Positions 9,839 through 19,367 of a stretch of 64,000 bases of DNA are shown in pieces; position 1 is the first letter of the stretch, and each line of letters opens with the position of its first letter. This DNA is from Candidatus Enterousia sp. Lineage in GTDB: Bacteria > Pseudomonadota > Alphaproteobacteria > Rs-D84. The translations under genes and the position numbers were made by a program. Location: positions 230 to 64,229 of the forward strand of contig JAZRIB010000013.1 in the NCBI GenBank assembly GCA_045645065.1, read 5' to 3'. A model generated the notes under the pieces. That model did no database searches and was not told the DNA's origin. It worked only from the letters and a program-made list of their open reading frames with translations.

Positions 9839-10858
9839 TTATTCAGTTATATCTGCATTTGGTTCGTTTTGTGTTTCGACATTATTCATGTCTGCTAATA
9901 ATTGATTCAAACGTTCAACTGTTTCTTCGTCACCCAACGCAGAACCAATTGTGCGTGCAGATTCCAAATCAGAACGCGCCGCATCCATATTCCCCAGGTT
10001 AACATTCAACGCGGCTGATTTTTCAAAATATTCCATTGCACGTGTTGATTGATTTTCACGTTCTTCACGTGTTGTTGCCCCTTGGATTTGTTCTGATATT
10101 ACACGAACCGCAGAAGAATAATCATCAATCGCGTTTGCGTAATCGCCCAATGCGGTGTATGCTTCGGCACGTTCTGCGTACACAGATGGGTTAACGATAC
10201 CTTCTGGGCGTGCTAATGAATTTGTATAGTCTGCAATTGCCCCTTCCCAGTTTTTCAACCATAAATTTAATTGACCGCGTTTTGCATACAAATCACGCAG
10301 TGATAAAATTGGTGTTGGGTTGGTTGTATTTGCAGCCATTGCATTGTTGATATCATTTAATGCCGCGTTGTAATCTTCCAGACGCATGTTCAATAAAGCG
10401 CGGTCATAGTATGCGACAGCATTCTGGGTGTCTTTTTCCAATGCTGTATCAAAATCAGCCATCGCGTTGCGATAATCACCTGATTGCATATATGCTTCAC
10501 CACGCAGGATATATGTATCGATTGATGCTGCGCCACTGTCAATTGCAGTTGTTAAATCAGCCAACGCTTCGTCCATGTTTCCAGCCAACAATTTTGTTTT
10601 GCCGTTTTCATAGTAATCGTTTGCCTGTAATAATGCTTCTTCGCTAATTGTCGTTGGTGTGTAAATCACATCATGACTGCGTCCTAAAATATAAAACGTT
10701 GCTGCGATAAAGAACAAAATTATAAACCAATAAACATAAATTGACAACGACCATGGGTTGTTACAATTCTTTTTTGCAACTGGTTTGATTGCAGTGTTTG
10801 CCTTAATATTCTGGGCTTTTTTTGCTGGTTTTGATTTTTTTGTTGATGTTTTTTTCAT
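9839..10858 (-). CDS. membrane-anchored tetratricopeptide repeat protein
   Basis: Lys-rich N-terminus, one TM helix (WFIILFFIAATFYIL), then repeated TPR-like A..Y..RG/A..Y.....Y..A units. Confidence 0.75.
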   Translation of the reverse strand: MKKTSTKKSKPAKKAQNIKANTAIKPVAKKNCNNPWSLSIYVYWFIILFFIAATFYILGRSHDVIYTPTTISEEALLQANDYYENGKTKLLAGNMDEALADLTTAIDSGAASIDTYILRGEAYMQSGDYRNAMADFDTALEKDTQNAVAYYDRALLNMRLEDYNAALNDINNAMAANTTNPTPILSLRDLYAKRGQLNLWLKNWEGAIADYTNSLARPEGIVNPSVYAERAEAYTALGDYANAIDDYSSAVRVISEQIQGATTREERENQSTRAMEYFEKSAALNVNLGNMDAARSDLESARTIGSALGDEETVERLNQLLADMNNVETQNEPNADITE

Positions 10859-10886
10859 AAAAATCTCCCTTCCGTTTAATGGAATA

Positions 10887-11582
10887 TTAGAGAGTTTTTA
10901 TCATTTCGTCAATTGTTTTCTGTGAAATCTGTTTAATTTGTCCCGGGGTTAATTTTCCCAAATCTATTTGTCCATATGACGTACGATGCAGTTTTATAAC
11001 CGGACATCCGCATGCGCGCATAACAATACGGATTTCGTTTTTTTTACCTTCGCATATTTCTATACGTAAAACATTTGGTTCTGTTTCGTCGATTTTCATC
11101 GGGGCGTATTGAATATTGTCAACTGTTATACCACGACGTGCGCGGTCAATGTTTTTTGTGTTGCCTGATACATGTGCAATATAAACACGTGGTATTTTCG
11201 AAGATGGCAATGTTAAACGACGCGCGAAATCACCATCGTTTGTTAATAACAATAATCCAGTTGTTTTATAGTCCAAACGACCAACATATTTCAGGTGTTG
11301 GTATTTTTTTGGCAACACGTCATATATAGTTTTGCGATTCAACGGGTCAGACGATGTTGTCATTGTATTAATCGGCTTATAAAAGGCATATAATTCGGTT
11401 TCTGATTTATTATTAACTGTTTTGCCATTGACTGTGACAACATCCCCATCATTAACAAAATTAACAGGCGTGTCTATTATTTTTCCATTAATCGCAACCG
11501 CGCCAATGGAAATTAATTTTTCCGCCCCGCGCCGTGATGCCACGCCGTTGTCTGATAAAAACTTTGCAATTCGTACAGTCAT
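10887..11582 (-). CDS. RsuA/RluB-family rRNA pseudouridine synthase
   Basis: S4-like N-terminus (RIAKFLSDNGVASRRGAEKLI) and catalytic VGRLDYKTTGLLLLTNDG. Confidence 0.88.
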   Translation of the reverse strand: MTVRIAKFLSDNGVASRRGAEKLISIGAVAINGKIIDTPVNFVNDGDVVTVNGKTVNNKSETELYAFYKPINTMTTSSDPLNRKTIYDVLPKKYQHLKYVGRLDYKTTGLLLLTNDGDFARRLTLPSSKIPRVYIAHVSGNTKNIDRARRGITVDNIQYAPMKIDETEPNVLRIEICEGKKNEIRIVMRACGCPVIKLHRTSYGQIDLGKLTPGQIKQISQKTIDEMIKTL

Positions 11583-11585
11583 TTT

Positions 11586-12239
11586 TTATTTTATTATCTT
11601 AGCCAATGCAACAATTGCCGCTGTTTCAGCGCGCAGTATCGTTTTACCCAACCCTATGCCACGTGCACCCGCCGCGTCCAGTGCAGAAAATTCTTCATCT
11701 GAAAAACCACCTTCGGGACCAATCAAGATTTTATCAGTATTAAAATCATCAGATGTACTTTCGCCGTATGCGGCACGTTCATCTGCAAATACGACGTTGG
11801 ATAAATCCAGTTCACTAAATTTAACTGCCGGCATAATTTCAGGAACAGAATTTCGATTTGATTGTTCTGCGCTTTCTGCTGCTATTTTACGCATACGGTC
11901 CCAGTTTATATGATGTGCAACCGTGCGTGCTGTTATAACCGGCAATAACCGCGCAACCCCCATCTGGGTCGCCATATTGATTAAAGTATCGGTGTGTTTA
12001 ATCGGTGCAAACATTAATGTAATATTATTCGATGGGTCAATGTGTGATGTTTTGTCGCCGATAATCAGATTTTTATCATCATCTGAAATGTGCGCAGCGT
12101 ATTCATTACCGTTGCCAAACACCAAACAACCACGTGTACGCATAACGCGTGTTAAATAATGCATTGTTTCACGTGGTAACGGTATTTGGATACCTGATTT
12201 TATTTTGTTATCAACAAAAATTCTTGGAATATTTTTCAT
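11586..12239 (-). CDS. rsmE: 16S rRNA (uracil1498-N3)-methyltransferase
   Basis: RsmE-like length and the C-terminal IGPEGGFSDEEF motif. Confidence 0.85.
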   Translation of the reverse strand: MKNIPRIFVDNKIKSGIQIPLPRETMHYLTRVMRTRGCLVFGNGNEYAAHISDDDKNLIIGDKTSHIDPSNNITLMFAPIKHTDTLINMATQMGVARLLPVITARTVAHHINWDRMRKIAAESAEQSNRNSVPEIMPAVKFSELDLSNVVFADERAAYGESTSDDFNTDKILIGPEGGFSDEEFSALDAAGARGIGLGKTILRAETAAIVALAKIIK

Positions 12240-12294
12240 AAAATTGTATTTCCTGATTTATCCGATTGTTTTTTTCTGATATAATCATAACACA

Positions 12295-14547
12295 ATGGCC
12301 AAGAAGTTCAACTTTTTATCAGCGTCCGGCAAAGGCAAAGGCCTGGGGATTTTCAAATCTACATCTTACAAAGAGCATGAAAAGACCCCAATGGCGCAAA
12401 TATTCTGGCGAATCCGCTGGGGGTGTGGCATATGGATTGTGTGTGCGCTGGCGTTTGCAACTACTTTTGCGATTGAACATGTCTGGCGTTATGGCTGGTC
12501 CCCGGCCAGTTCGGTTTGGGTAAAAACATATTTTATGAATCTGGTGCACAGTGGCGGATTGTCCGCATTGGCTGAATTGCCATCTTGGGTATGGCGTTGT
12601 GTATATCGGACCGACATGGCATGTATGGTACCGCTGTTACCGATAATCGCATACTATTTCTTGGCAGACGGAACGTTTACAGATGAATTTAACCCACACG
12701 GCAAAGATAAATTTGATGAAAAATCTTCAAACAAAGCAACTGCCGCTGATATAAAACAAATGAACCAGGACTTCCGAAACAAAGATGGTTTATTCAAAGG
12801 GTTTATGATGGTTTTGGGATACTTTAAAAACAAAGGTAAAAGTGTTCCATTAATGTTTGACGAATGTTTATCCGCATTGTGTGTTGCGCCCCCCGGAACC
12901 GGTAAAACAAAGGGGTTTGTTGAACCGACGATTTTAGAATGTGATACTGTATCAATGATTATTAATGACCCAAAACCCGAATTAAAGCAGGAAACCAGCG
13001 GTTATCGTGCAACGGTTGGGCCGGTGTTTATTATGAACTGGGCGGGTCAAGATGACCCTGCACGTGGTATATATTACCCGTCATGGAATCCGTTATCTCC
13101 GGAACACGTACCGTTTAATACCGAACAACGTGATTTGTATATTGATTCAATTTGTAACACATTAATCCCAGACCGTTCGGGATCATCCGCCGACCCACAC
13201 TGGACAATCACGGGTCGTGCGGCATTGACCGGATTTGTTCAATATATAGTGTCCAAGGTTGAACGTGCCAAGGCAGACGATTACTTCTATGCACGCATGG
13301 CAAACGGCACATTTAATGCCGAAGATGCAGCGGTACTTTCTGATTACTATTTGTCTATGATGACCGATCCAAACGCATATGCCGCACACGCAATGTTGCA
13401 ACGTGGGGAATTAAACGCAATGAACTATGTCCATGTTGGAACATGGGCGCATATCCCAGACGTTTGGCGTGGCAAAGAAGCATCTTTTCCAATGATTCTG
13501 GACTGGTTAACCACCAGCCAGATTGATATCGCACGTCAAATGGACGAACGTCGTCGCGCGGGCGATCAAATGGTTATGATGGCCGACCCGCTAAAAGATA
13601 TGTTACAAGAAGCGGTTGCAGAAGCGCAACAATACGCATATTCACATCGTGCAGTCCAAGAATTAACCCAGCTTGCCAACACCCCAGACAAAGAACGTGG
13701 TTCTATTATGTCGACAGCGTTGTCGGGTCTGACTATTTTCCGTAATGCGGCGGTACGCAATCGTACATCACATTCTGATTTTCATTTTTCAGATTTGCGC
13801 GGAATGCGCGATCCACGCGATGGCAAGGTCAAGCCCGTTACGGTCTATTTATCCATAAATATGGTTGATGCCCAGGCATTAAATCCAATTACCGCGATAT
13901 TTATTGAATTAATGTCGAACTTCTTGTTGGCAAATAAACCAGGCGACACGCATAATGGCGAAGAATTGGGGCCGTATCCGGTACTGTTTGTATTGGACGA
14001 AATGCCCAAAATGCAAAAAATGCAGGCCGTTATCCAGGGGCCAGATTTGGGACGTGGACAAAAAATATCATACCTGTTAATTGGCCAGGATTTAAACCAG
14101 ATTGCCGAAAAATATGGGCGTGAAGCCGCTGATACAATCATTTCAACAACTGCTGCAAAAATTGTAATGCGTCAAAACGACCCGAAAAGTGCGGAACGGT
14201 TTTCCGAAATGATGGGTAAAAAAATGAAAAAAGAAAAAGGTGCCGATGGCAAGGAAGTCACCAACGAATCATTGCTTTATACCCCAATGGATATTATGAA
14301 ATTACCAGAAGCGAAACAGTTGGTTATTATTCAGGGACATTATAATCGTCCAATCGAAGCAGACCAAGAAAGATGGTTCTTGAACAAAACACCTGTTCAA
14401 AAAGAATTGTATAAAAAAGTCCAAATGGGCGAAGCACCACCATTACCAGAATTCTTGGTGCCGTCGCATCATCGTGCGCTGGGGTTTGCAGGGACGCCGA
14501 AAATTTATTATCCCGCGACCAAGGAAATCAAGGTTTTATCCGAATAA
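12295..14547 (+). CDS. virD4: type IV secretion system coupling protein (VirD4/TraG family)
   Basis: Two N-terminal TM helices, Walker A APPGTGKTKG, Walker B-like VLFVLDEMPKM, and the conserved LIGQDLNQIAEKYG block. Confidence 0.85.
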   Translation: MAKKFNFLSASGKGKGLGIFKSTSYKEHEKTPMAQIFWRIRWGCGIWIVCALAFATTFAIEHVWRYGWSPASSVWVKTYFMNLVHSGGLSALAELPSWVWRCVYRTDMACMVPLLPIIAYYFLADGTFTDEFNPHGKDKFDEKSSNKATAADIKQMNQDFRNKDGLFKGFMMVLGYFKNKGKSVPLMFDECLSALCVAPPGTGKTKGFVEPTILECDTVSMIINDPKPELKQETSGYRATVGPVFIMNWAGQDDPARGIYYPSWNPLSPEHVPFNTEQRDLYIDSICNTLIPDRSGSSADPHWTITGRAALTGFVQYIVSKVERAKADDYFYARMANGTFNAEDAAVLSDYYLSMMTDPNAYAAHAMLQRGELNAMNYVHVGTWAHIPDVWRGKEASFPMILDWLTTSQIDIARQMDERRRAGDQMVMMADPLKDMLQEAVAEAQQYAYSHRAVQELTQLANTPDKERGSIMSTALSGLTIFRNAAVRNRTSHSDFHFSDLRGMRDPRDGKVKPVTVYLSINMVDAQALNPITAIFIELMSNFLLANKPGDTHNGEELGPYPVLFVLDEMPKMQKMQAVIQGPDLGRGQKISYLLIGQDLNQIAEKYGREAADTIISTTAAKIVMRQNDPKSAERFSEMMGKKMKKEKGADGKEVTNESLLYTPMDIMKLPEAKQLVIIQGHYNRPIEADQERWFLNKTPVQKELYKKVQMGEAPPLPEFLVPSHHRALGFAGTPKIYYPATKEIKVLSE

Positions 14548-14570
14548 AAATCCCGCAAATTGCGGGGTTT
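14546..14570 (+). terminator. intrinsic terminator of virD4
   Basis: Stem cccgca/tgcggg followed by a T-rich tract. Confidence 0.7.
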
Positions 14571-14647
14571 TATTTTTGTATAAATAAACAATAATATCGC
14601 GAAATATATGTTGTATATAAACAACTGTATTCTGACGCAAAATATAG

Positions 14648-14676
14648 AAAAAACACCGGCAAATGCCGGCGTTTTT
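14648..14676. terminator. bidirectional terminator (serves the ABC permease gene)
   Basis: A-run, stem ccggc/gccgg with aaat loop, T5. Confidence 0.7.
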
Positions 14677-14685
14677 ATTCGTGTT

Positions 14686-15903
14686 TTATTCATATCTTAA
14701 ACTGTCAATCGGGTTTAATTTTGCAGCCTTCATTGCCGGCATAACCCCCGACGCCAGACCCACCACAACCGCAACCGATACCGATAACACAACCGGCCAA
14801 ATACTAAATGGTACATTATACCCCAGTATCCCGCGCCCTACCCCCTGGGCCAGACCAACGCCGATTATCAATCCAATCATCGACCCCAGGAAAGAAATCA
14901 TAATAGATTCAGCCAAGAATTGAATAATAATGTGAATTTCGCGTGCGCCGATTGCCTTGCGAATACCGATTTCACGGGTGCGTTCTGCCACAGATACCAG
15001 CATCATATTCATAATCCCAATCGCACCAACCAACAACGACACTGCTGCAATCGCAATCAGCAATAATTTCATATATCCAGTCACAGTGTTCATTGTTTCC
15101 ATAATCTGTTTCATATCCATGATTTGGAAATCGTCTGCAACATCGTCTTTTAATCTGTGGCGTTGCCGCAACAGGGTTGTAATTTGTTCAATCGCCAATG
15201 CATTATCAGATTCGGGATACAGTTTAAGTGCAATCATATTGACCGAATTTGGAAAGCGTGACCCCTGCAGACGTTTTTTTAGGGTTGTAATTGGAACCAG
15301 AATCATATCGTCTTGGCTGCCCATGGCGGAATCGCCCTTAGCTTTTGTAACACCAATAATTGTCATTGGTGTATTCTGAATACGAATAACTTCGCCAACT
15401 GGATTTTCTGGCAATTCTAATTCTTCGGCTGTTTCTGGTCCAATAACTGCGTATGTCGAAGAATTGCGTACCGCCGACATATCAAAGAAAGTTCCATATT
15501 CCATTTCGATATTTTGTACGGTTGTATAATCTGGATACACACCTATCATCGATGTTCCCCAGTTTTTGTTGCCGTAAATCACCTGGGCAGAACCGTTTTG
15601 TACCGGCGAAACCGCCATAACATCCGGTAATTTTGCGATAAATTGTGCGTCATCAATGGTCAATGTCTGGCGGTTGCCGGTACGCACCCCAGCGGTCTGG
15701 GCGGCGCCCGCACGTATCATAATTGTGTTTGTCCCCAGTGATGAAAACTGGTCTGTGATTTGATGCTGAACGGTTTCACCAACCGCCACCATAATCACCA
15801 CCGCCATAACACCGATAATAATCCCTAATACCGTCAAAAAAGACCGAATTTTATTTCCGCTGATTGAAAGCCAAGATTCTTTTAGTATGTCATTTATGCT
15901 CAT
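14686..15903 (-). CDS. MacB/FtsX-family ABC transporter permease
   Basis: N-terminal TM (RSFLTVLGIIIGVMAVVIMV), a large periplasmic domain, and a C-terminal FtsX-like 3-TM bundle with RTREIGIRKAIGA. Confidence 0.88.
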   Translation of the reverse strand: MSINDILKESWLSISGNKIRSFLTVLGIIIGVMAVVIMVAVGETVQHQITDQFSSLGTNTIMIRAGAAQTAGVRTGNRQTLTIDDAQFIAKLPDVMAVSPVQNGSAQVIYGNKNWGTSMIGVYPDYTTVQNIEMEYGTFFDMSAVRNSSTYAVIGPETAEELELPENPVGEVIRIQNTPMTIIGVTKAKGDSAMGSQDDMILVPITTLKKRLQGSRFPNSVNMIALKLYPESDNALAIEQITTLLRQRHRLKDDVADDFQIMDMKQIMETMNTVTGYMKLLLIAIAAVSLLVGAIGIMNMMLVSVAERTREIGIRKAIGAREIHIIIQFLAESIMISFLGSMIGLIIGVGLAQGVGRGILGYNVPFSIWPVVLSVSVAVVVGLASGVMPAMKAAKLNPIDSLRYE

Positions 15904-15923
15904 GTTTATGCCCTGCCCCGATA

Positions 15924-16646
15924 TTATAAATTATTGTCGTTCTTTGGTATTTTTCCGTCATAGTTTATTTTACCATCACGAATATGGATAAGCCTATCTG
16001 CGTACTTTGCAATATCAAATTCGTGTGTAATCATAACGATTGTGATGCCTAAATCGCGATTAAGTTCTTTGAAAAATTTCAATATTTCGTTACCCATTTT
16101 ACTGTCCAGCGCGCCCGTTGGTTCGTCTGCTAGAATTAATTTAGGTTCGCCTGCCAACGCGCGTGCGATTGCAACACGTTGCTTCATACCGCCCGACAAT
16201 TGTGTTGGTAAATAAGATGCAAAATTTTCCAATCCCACACGGCGTAACATTTCCATTGCGCGTCTTTCGCGTTCTTCGTGTGTCATCCCGCGATACATCA
16301 ACGGCAACATTACATTGTCAAGTACACTGCGCTTTGGTAATAAATTGAATTGTTGAAAAACAAAACCGATGTATTCGTTTCGTACCAACGCTAATTCGTC
16401 TGTTGTCATACCGGTAATATCACGGCCGTATAATTCATAAACACCGCTGGTTGGTGTATCCAACGCCCCGATAATATTCATGCACGTTGATTTTCCCGAA
16501 CCCGATGGCCCCATAATTGCAACAAATTCACCGGCTTTGACCGTGAAATTAATATCGAATAAAACCTGTTGTTCGCCCCCCAGTTCCATCGGGAAGCTTT
16601 TATTTATCTCTTTTAGTGAAATAATTATCTCGGATGATTTTTTCAT
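15924..16646 (-). CDS. ABC transporter ATP-binding protein (MacB/LolD-type)
   Basis: Walker A GPSGSGKST, signature LSGGMKQRVAIARAL, Walker B ILADEPTGALD. Start set to ATG 16646 (MKKSSEII). Confidence 0.9.
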   Translation of the reverse strand: MKKSSEIIISLKEINKSFPMELGGEQQVLFDINFTVKAGEFVAIMGPSGSGKSTCMNIIGALDTPTSGVYELYGRDITGMTTDELALVRNEYIGFVFQQFNLLPKRSVLDNVMLPLMYRGMTHEERERRAMEMLRRVGLENFASYLPTQLSGGMKQRVAIARALAGEPKLILADEPTGALDSKMGNEILKFFKELNRDLGITIVMITHEFDIAKYADRLIHIRDGKINYDGKIPKNDNNL

Positions 16647-16873
16647 AACTCTCTGTCCCTGTAATTCCCGCATATTATATCATAAAAAAACCAAGCAAAT
16701 AAATTGATTTATATTCTATGTGTTGACATGTGTGCAATATATAGAAAAACTTCTTATAATCGTAAATTGCCATATAAATTATCTTTGTTACTGGATAAAT
16801 ATTATTCAAATGTGCTTAATATAAAGAATTGCGAAGTTGTGTTCTTGGTTTTAAGATGTTTTTTTTGTTAAAT

Positions 16874-16900
16874 AAAAAGCCGGCATTTGCCGGCCTTTTT
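16874..16900. terminator. bidirectional terminator directly after parB
   Basis: A5, stem gccggc/gccggc, T5. Confidence 0.7.
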
Positions 16901-17777
16901 ATGATATTTTTGAAATTAATTCTTCTAATTGAATGCGGGTTGCAAATGATATGACTATCTGCCCTGCTCCGCCCCGTCTTTCAATGATTTTTACCGGTGC
17001 GCCCAGTTTTTTTGATGCGCCCGATTCCATTTCGTGAACAATTTTTGGGTCAATTGTTTTGCTAAATTTTTCCCGGCCTTTACCGGTCTTTTTTTTATGA
17101 TTTACCATACGCTGGGTGTCGGCAACCGACATTTTTTCGCCGATGATTTTGTGGGCTAATTCTTCTGGATTGTCAGCGACCGCAATTGTGCGTGCGTGTG
17201 ATGCAGAAATTTCCCCCGATTCCACCAATGCTTTAACAGATTCTGGCAGTGTTGTAATACGCATAATGTTACGAATATAACTTTCAGATTTGCCAATCAG
17301 ACGTACAACGTCCGCTATTTCGTATCCACATTCTGTCATTAAATTCTGATATGCATTTGCTTCTTCGACCGGGTTCAGGTTTTCGCGCTGAACATTTTCA
17401 ATCAGTGCGATTTCCATCGCATTTTCATTACTAAGCGTTTTAACTAAGGCTGGTATTTCGTTCAATCCGGCCAATTTACTGGCGCGATAACGACGTTCAC
17501 CTGCAACAATTTCATACGTATATGGTCGACCTGTAACAGTGCGCAATAATATTGGCTGTAAAACACCTTTTTCACGAATAGATTGTGCCAAATCGTTTAA
17601 TTCAGCTTCGTTAAATGTTTTTCGTGGCTGGTCTGGGTTTGTGCCAATTTGTGCCAATGGGATTTGTTTTACGATAACGCGTTCAGTGCCGGCCAATACA
17701 GAAATATCTGGTATAGTTCCTTTGGCTAATTGCAGGTCGGCCAAACCGCGCCCCAGTCCAAATTTATTCGCTGACAT
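16899..17777 (-). CDS. parB: chromosome partitioning protein ParB
   Basis: GLGRGLADL N-terminus and the ParB box IVAGERRYRASKLAG. ATG 17777 has an AGGA RBS; the track start at 17783 is TTG. Confidence 0.93.
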   Translation of the reverse strand: MSANKFGLGRGLADLQLAKGTIPDISVLAGTERVIVKQIPLAQIGTNPDQPRKTFNEAELNDLAQSIREKGVLQPILLRTVTGRPYTYEIVAGERRYRASKLAGLNEIPALVKTLSNENAMEIALIENVQRENLNPVEEANAYQNLMTECGYEIADVVRLIGKSESYIRNIMRITTLPESVKALVESGEISASHARTIAVADNPEELAHKIIGEKMSVADTQRMVNHKKKTGKGREKFSKTIDPKIVHEMESGASKKLGAPVKIIERRGGAGQIVISFATRIQLEELISKIS

Positions 17778-18549
17778 TTTCAATTCCTTCGGTTTTTTGG
17801 ATTACTTCGGTTGCAACGCGCAGATATGCCTGGGCGCCAGGTGATTTGAAATCATAGAATAGGGCAGGTTTGCCGTGACTTGGGGCCTCAGACACACGTA
17901 CATTTCGTGGTACAACTGTTTTGAACACAGTTGTGCCAAATGCGTTTCGTACATCGTCTTCGACTGCACGGGTTAAGCCGTATTGTTTCGCATACATTGT
18001 TAACAATACGCCCAAGATTTCCAGATTAGGATTCCATTTCTCGCGCACAGCTGCAATTGTGTCGGTTAATTGGGTCAATCCTTCCAGTGCATAGAATTCG
18101 CATTGCAGGGGGATTATAACGCTGTTCGCGGCGGTTAATGCGTTGACGGTTAGATACCCCAGTGCCGGTGGACAGTCCAACAAGATATAATCATAATGTT
18201 CGGCAATTGTATTCAGTGCATCGCGCAGGCGAAATTCCGGATTTTCCATTCCTAATAAATCAATTTCCAATCCGGCCAAAGCCTGGGAAGAGGGCAGTAA
18301 ATGCAATCCTGGTACCGCGGTTGATAAGATGTTGTCTGCGATGTTGGCTGTGCCCATAATAACGCCGTATGCGCTTTGGCGATGGTCTGCGCGCACAAAC
18401 CCCAGTCCCGTGCCGGCGTTTCCCTGGGGGTCTAAATCAATTAATAAAACCCGTCGTTTAATAGCGGCCAATGAAGCGCCGATGTTTATTGCGGTGGTTG
18501 TTTTGCCGACACCGCCTTTTTGATTTGCGAATGCGATAATTTGTACCAT
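17764..18549 (-). CDS. parA: chromosome partitioning ATPase ParA/Soj
   Basis: Deviant Walker A NQKGGVGKTTTAINIG. It sits upstream of parB. Confidence 0.93.
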   Translation of the reverse strand: MVQIIAFANQKGGVGKTTTAINIGASLAAIKRRVLLIDLDPQGNAGTGLGFVRADHRQSAYGVIMGTANIADNILSTAVPGLHLLPSSQALAGLEIDLLGMENPEFRLRDALNTIAEHYDYILLDCPPALGYLTVNALTAANSVIIPLQCEFYALEGLTQLTDTIAAVREKWNPNLEILGVLLTMYAKQYGLTRAVEDDVRNAFGTTVFKTVVPRNVRVSEAPSHGKPALFYDFKSPGAQAYLRVATEVIQKTEGIENVSE

Positions 18550-18664
18550 AATTCCTTTCCTAAGAATCTAGTTTAACTTGTTTTAAGGTTATAAAAAAAC
18601 GCCGATTCAGTCAAGGTTATAAATATGTGTGTAAAAAAACAGTAAAATCATATTGTTGTTTTTG

Positions 18665-18678
18665 ATTTCATGTGAAAT
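18665..18678. promoter_or_regulatory. parS-like near-palindrome ATTTCATGTGAAAT
   Basis: The 16-mer centred here matches 11 of 16 positions of TGTTTCACGTGAAACA by manual alignment. It lies in the parA upstream intergenic region. Confidence 0.35.
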
Positions 18679-18772
18679 GTGTGGTTTTTGTGTATGTGTG
18701 AAAAAAGTATAAAAATACCGGCATTTACCGGCAAAAAATGTAAAAACAACTAAAAACAATAAATTGTTAATA

Positions 18773-18786
18773 ATTTCATATGAAAT
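18773..18786. promoter_or_regulatory. parS-like perfect palindrome ATTTCATATGAAAT
   Basis: Perfect 14-bp palindrome sharing the TTTCA-N4-TGAAA core with the site at 18665. It abuts the rsmG stop codon. Confidence 0.3.
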
Positions 18787-19346
18787 TACCGGTTAAAACG
18801 CACAGAAATGATAAAACCGTCGCCTGTTTTTGATGGTGTCAGGTCGTAATTAAATTTGTATTTGCGTTTTGCGTCGTTGATTTCAGATTCGATTTCCCGG
18901 CCTTTTAGTAAAAAAAGCCGGTATTTTGTGTGTGCGACATAGTCCATAATCTTTGTTAATGATGCAAATGCGCGTGCAGTGAATACAAAATTATTCGAAT
19001 TTGCCGGTAAATGCCGGACAAAATCTTCGACACGACCATGGTAAATTTCCAGGTTGTTTAGCCCTAAGTCTTCTTTGACGGCGCGCAGGAATGAAACTTT
19101 TTTGCCAATCGATTCGATGCATGTTACGTTCCAGCCTAAAATAGCCAGTACGACGCCTGGAAATCCTGCGCCACTGCCTAAATCAATAATATTTACGTCA
19201 CTTGGTAAAATGTCGGCCAATTGTGCCGAATCGGCGATATGGCGTGTTTGAATGTCGTTTAGCGTGCTGGGCGCAACCAGATTCATACGCGTTGACCAAT
19301 CGCGCAACATTTTTTCGTATTGTTCAAATTTGACTTTATTGCTCAT
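18786..19346 (-). CDS. rsmG: 16S rRNA (guanine527-N7)-methyltransferase
   Basis: MNLVAPSTLNDIQTRHIADS and the SAM motif IIDLGSGAGFPG. Start trimmed to ATG 19346 (MSNKVKFEQ), since the upstream 59 codons look non-coding. Confidence 0.88.
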   Translation of the reverse strand: MSNKVKFEQYEKMLRDWSTRMNLVAPSTLNDIQTRHIADSAQLADILPSDVNIIDLGSGAGFPGVVLAILGWNVTCIESIGKKVSFLRAVKEDLGLNNLEIYHGRVEDFVRHLPANSNNFVFTARAFASLTKIMDYVAHTKYRLFLLKGREIESEINDAKRKYKFNYDLTPSKTGDGFIISVRFNR

Positions 19347-19367
19347 AAGCGTTATTCTAACACAATT

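Noticed and set aside
18711-18740. ataccggcatttaccggcaaaaa between rsmG and parA, considered as another terminator.
   Set aside because: Only a 4-bp CCGG/CCGG stem forms. It looks like a degenerate copy of the CCGGC palindrome family rather than a functional terminator, and it would sit inside the rsmG-parA transcription unit.
16674-18785. Considered whether the rsmG-parA-parB neighbourhood and its AT-rich spacers (16674-16898 and 18550-18785) mark oriC.
   Set aside because: I could not find a cluster of DnaA-box-like 9-mers (TTATCCACA and close variants), only isolated partial matches. There is also no dnaA, dnaN or hemE nearby.
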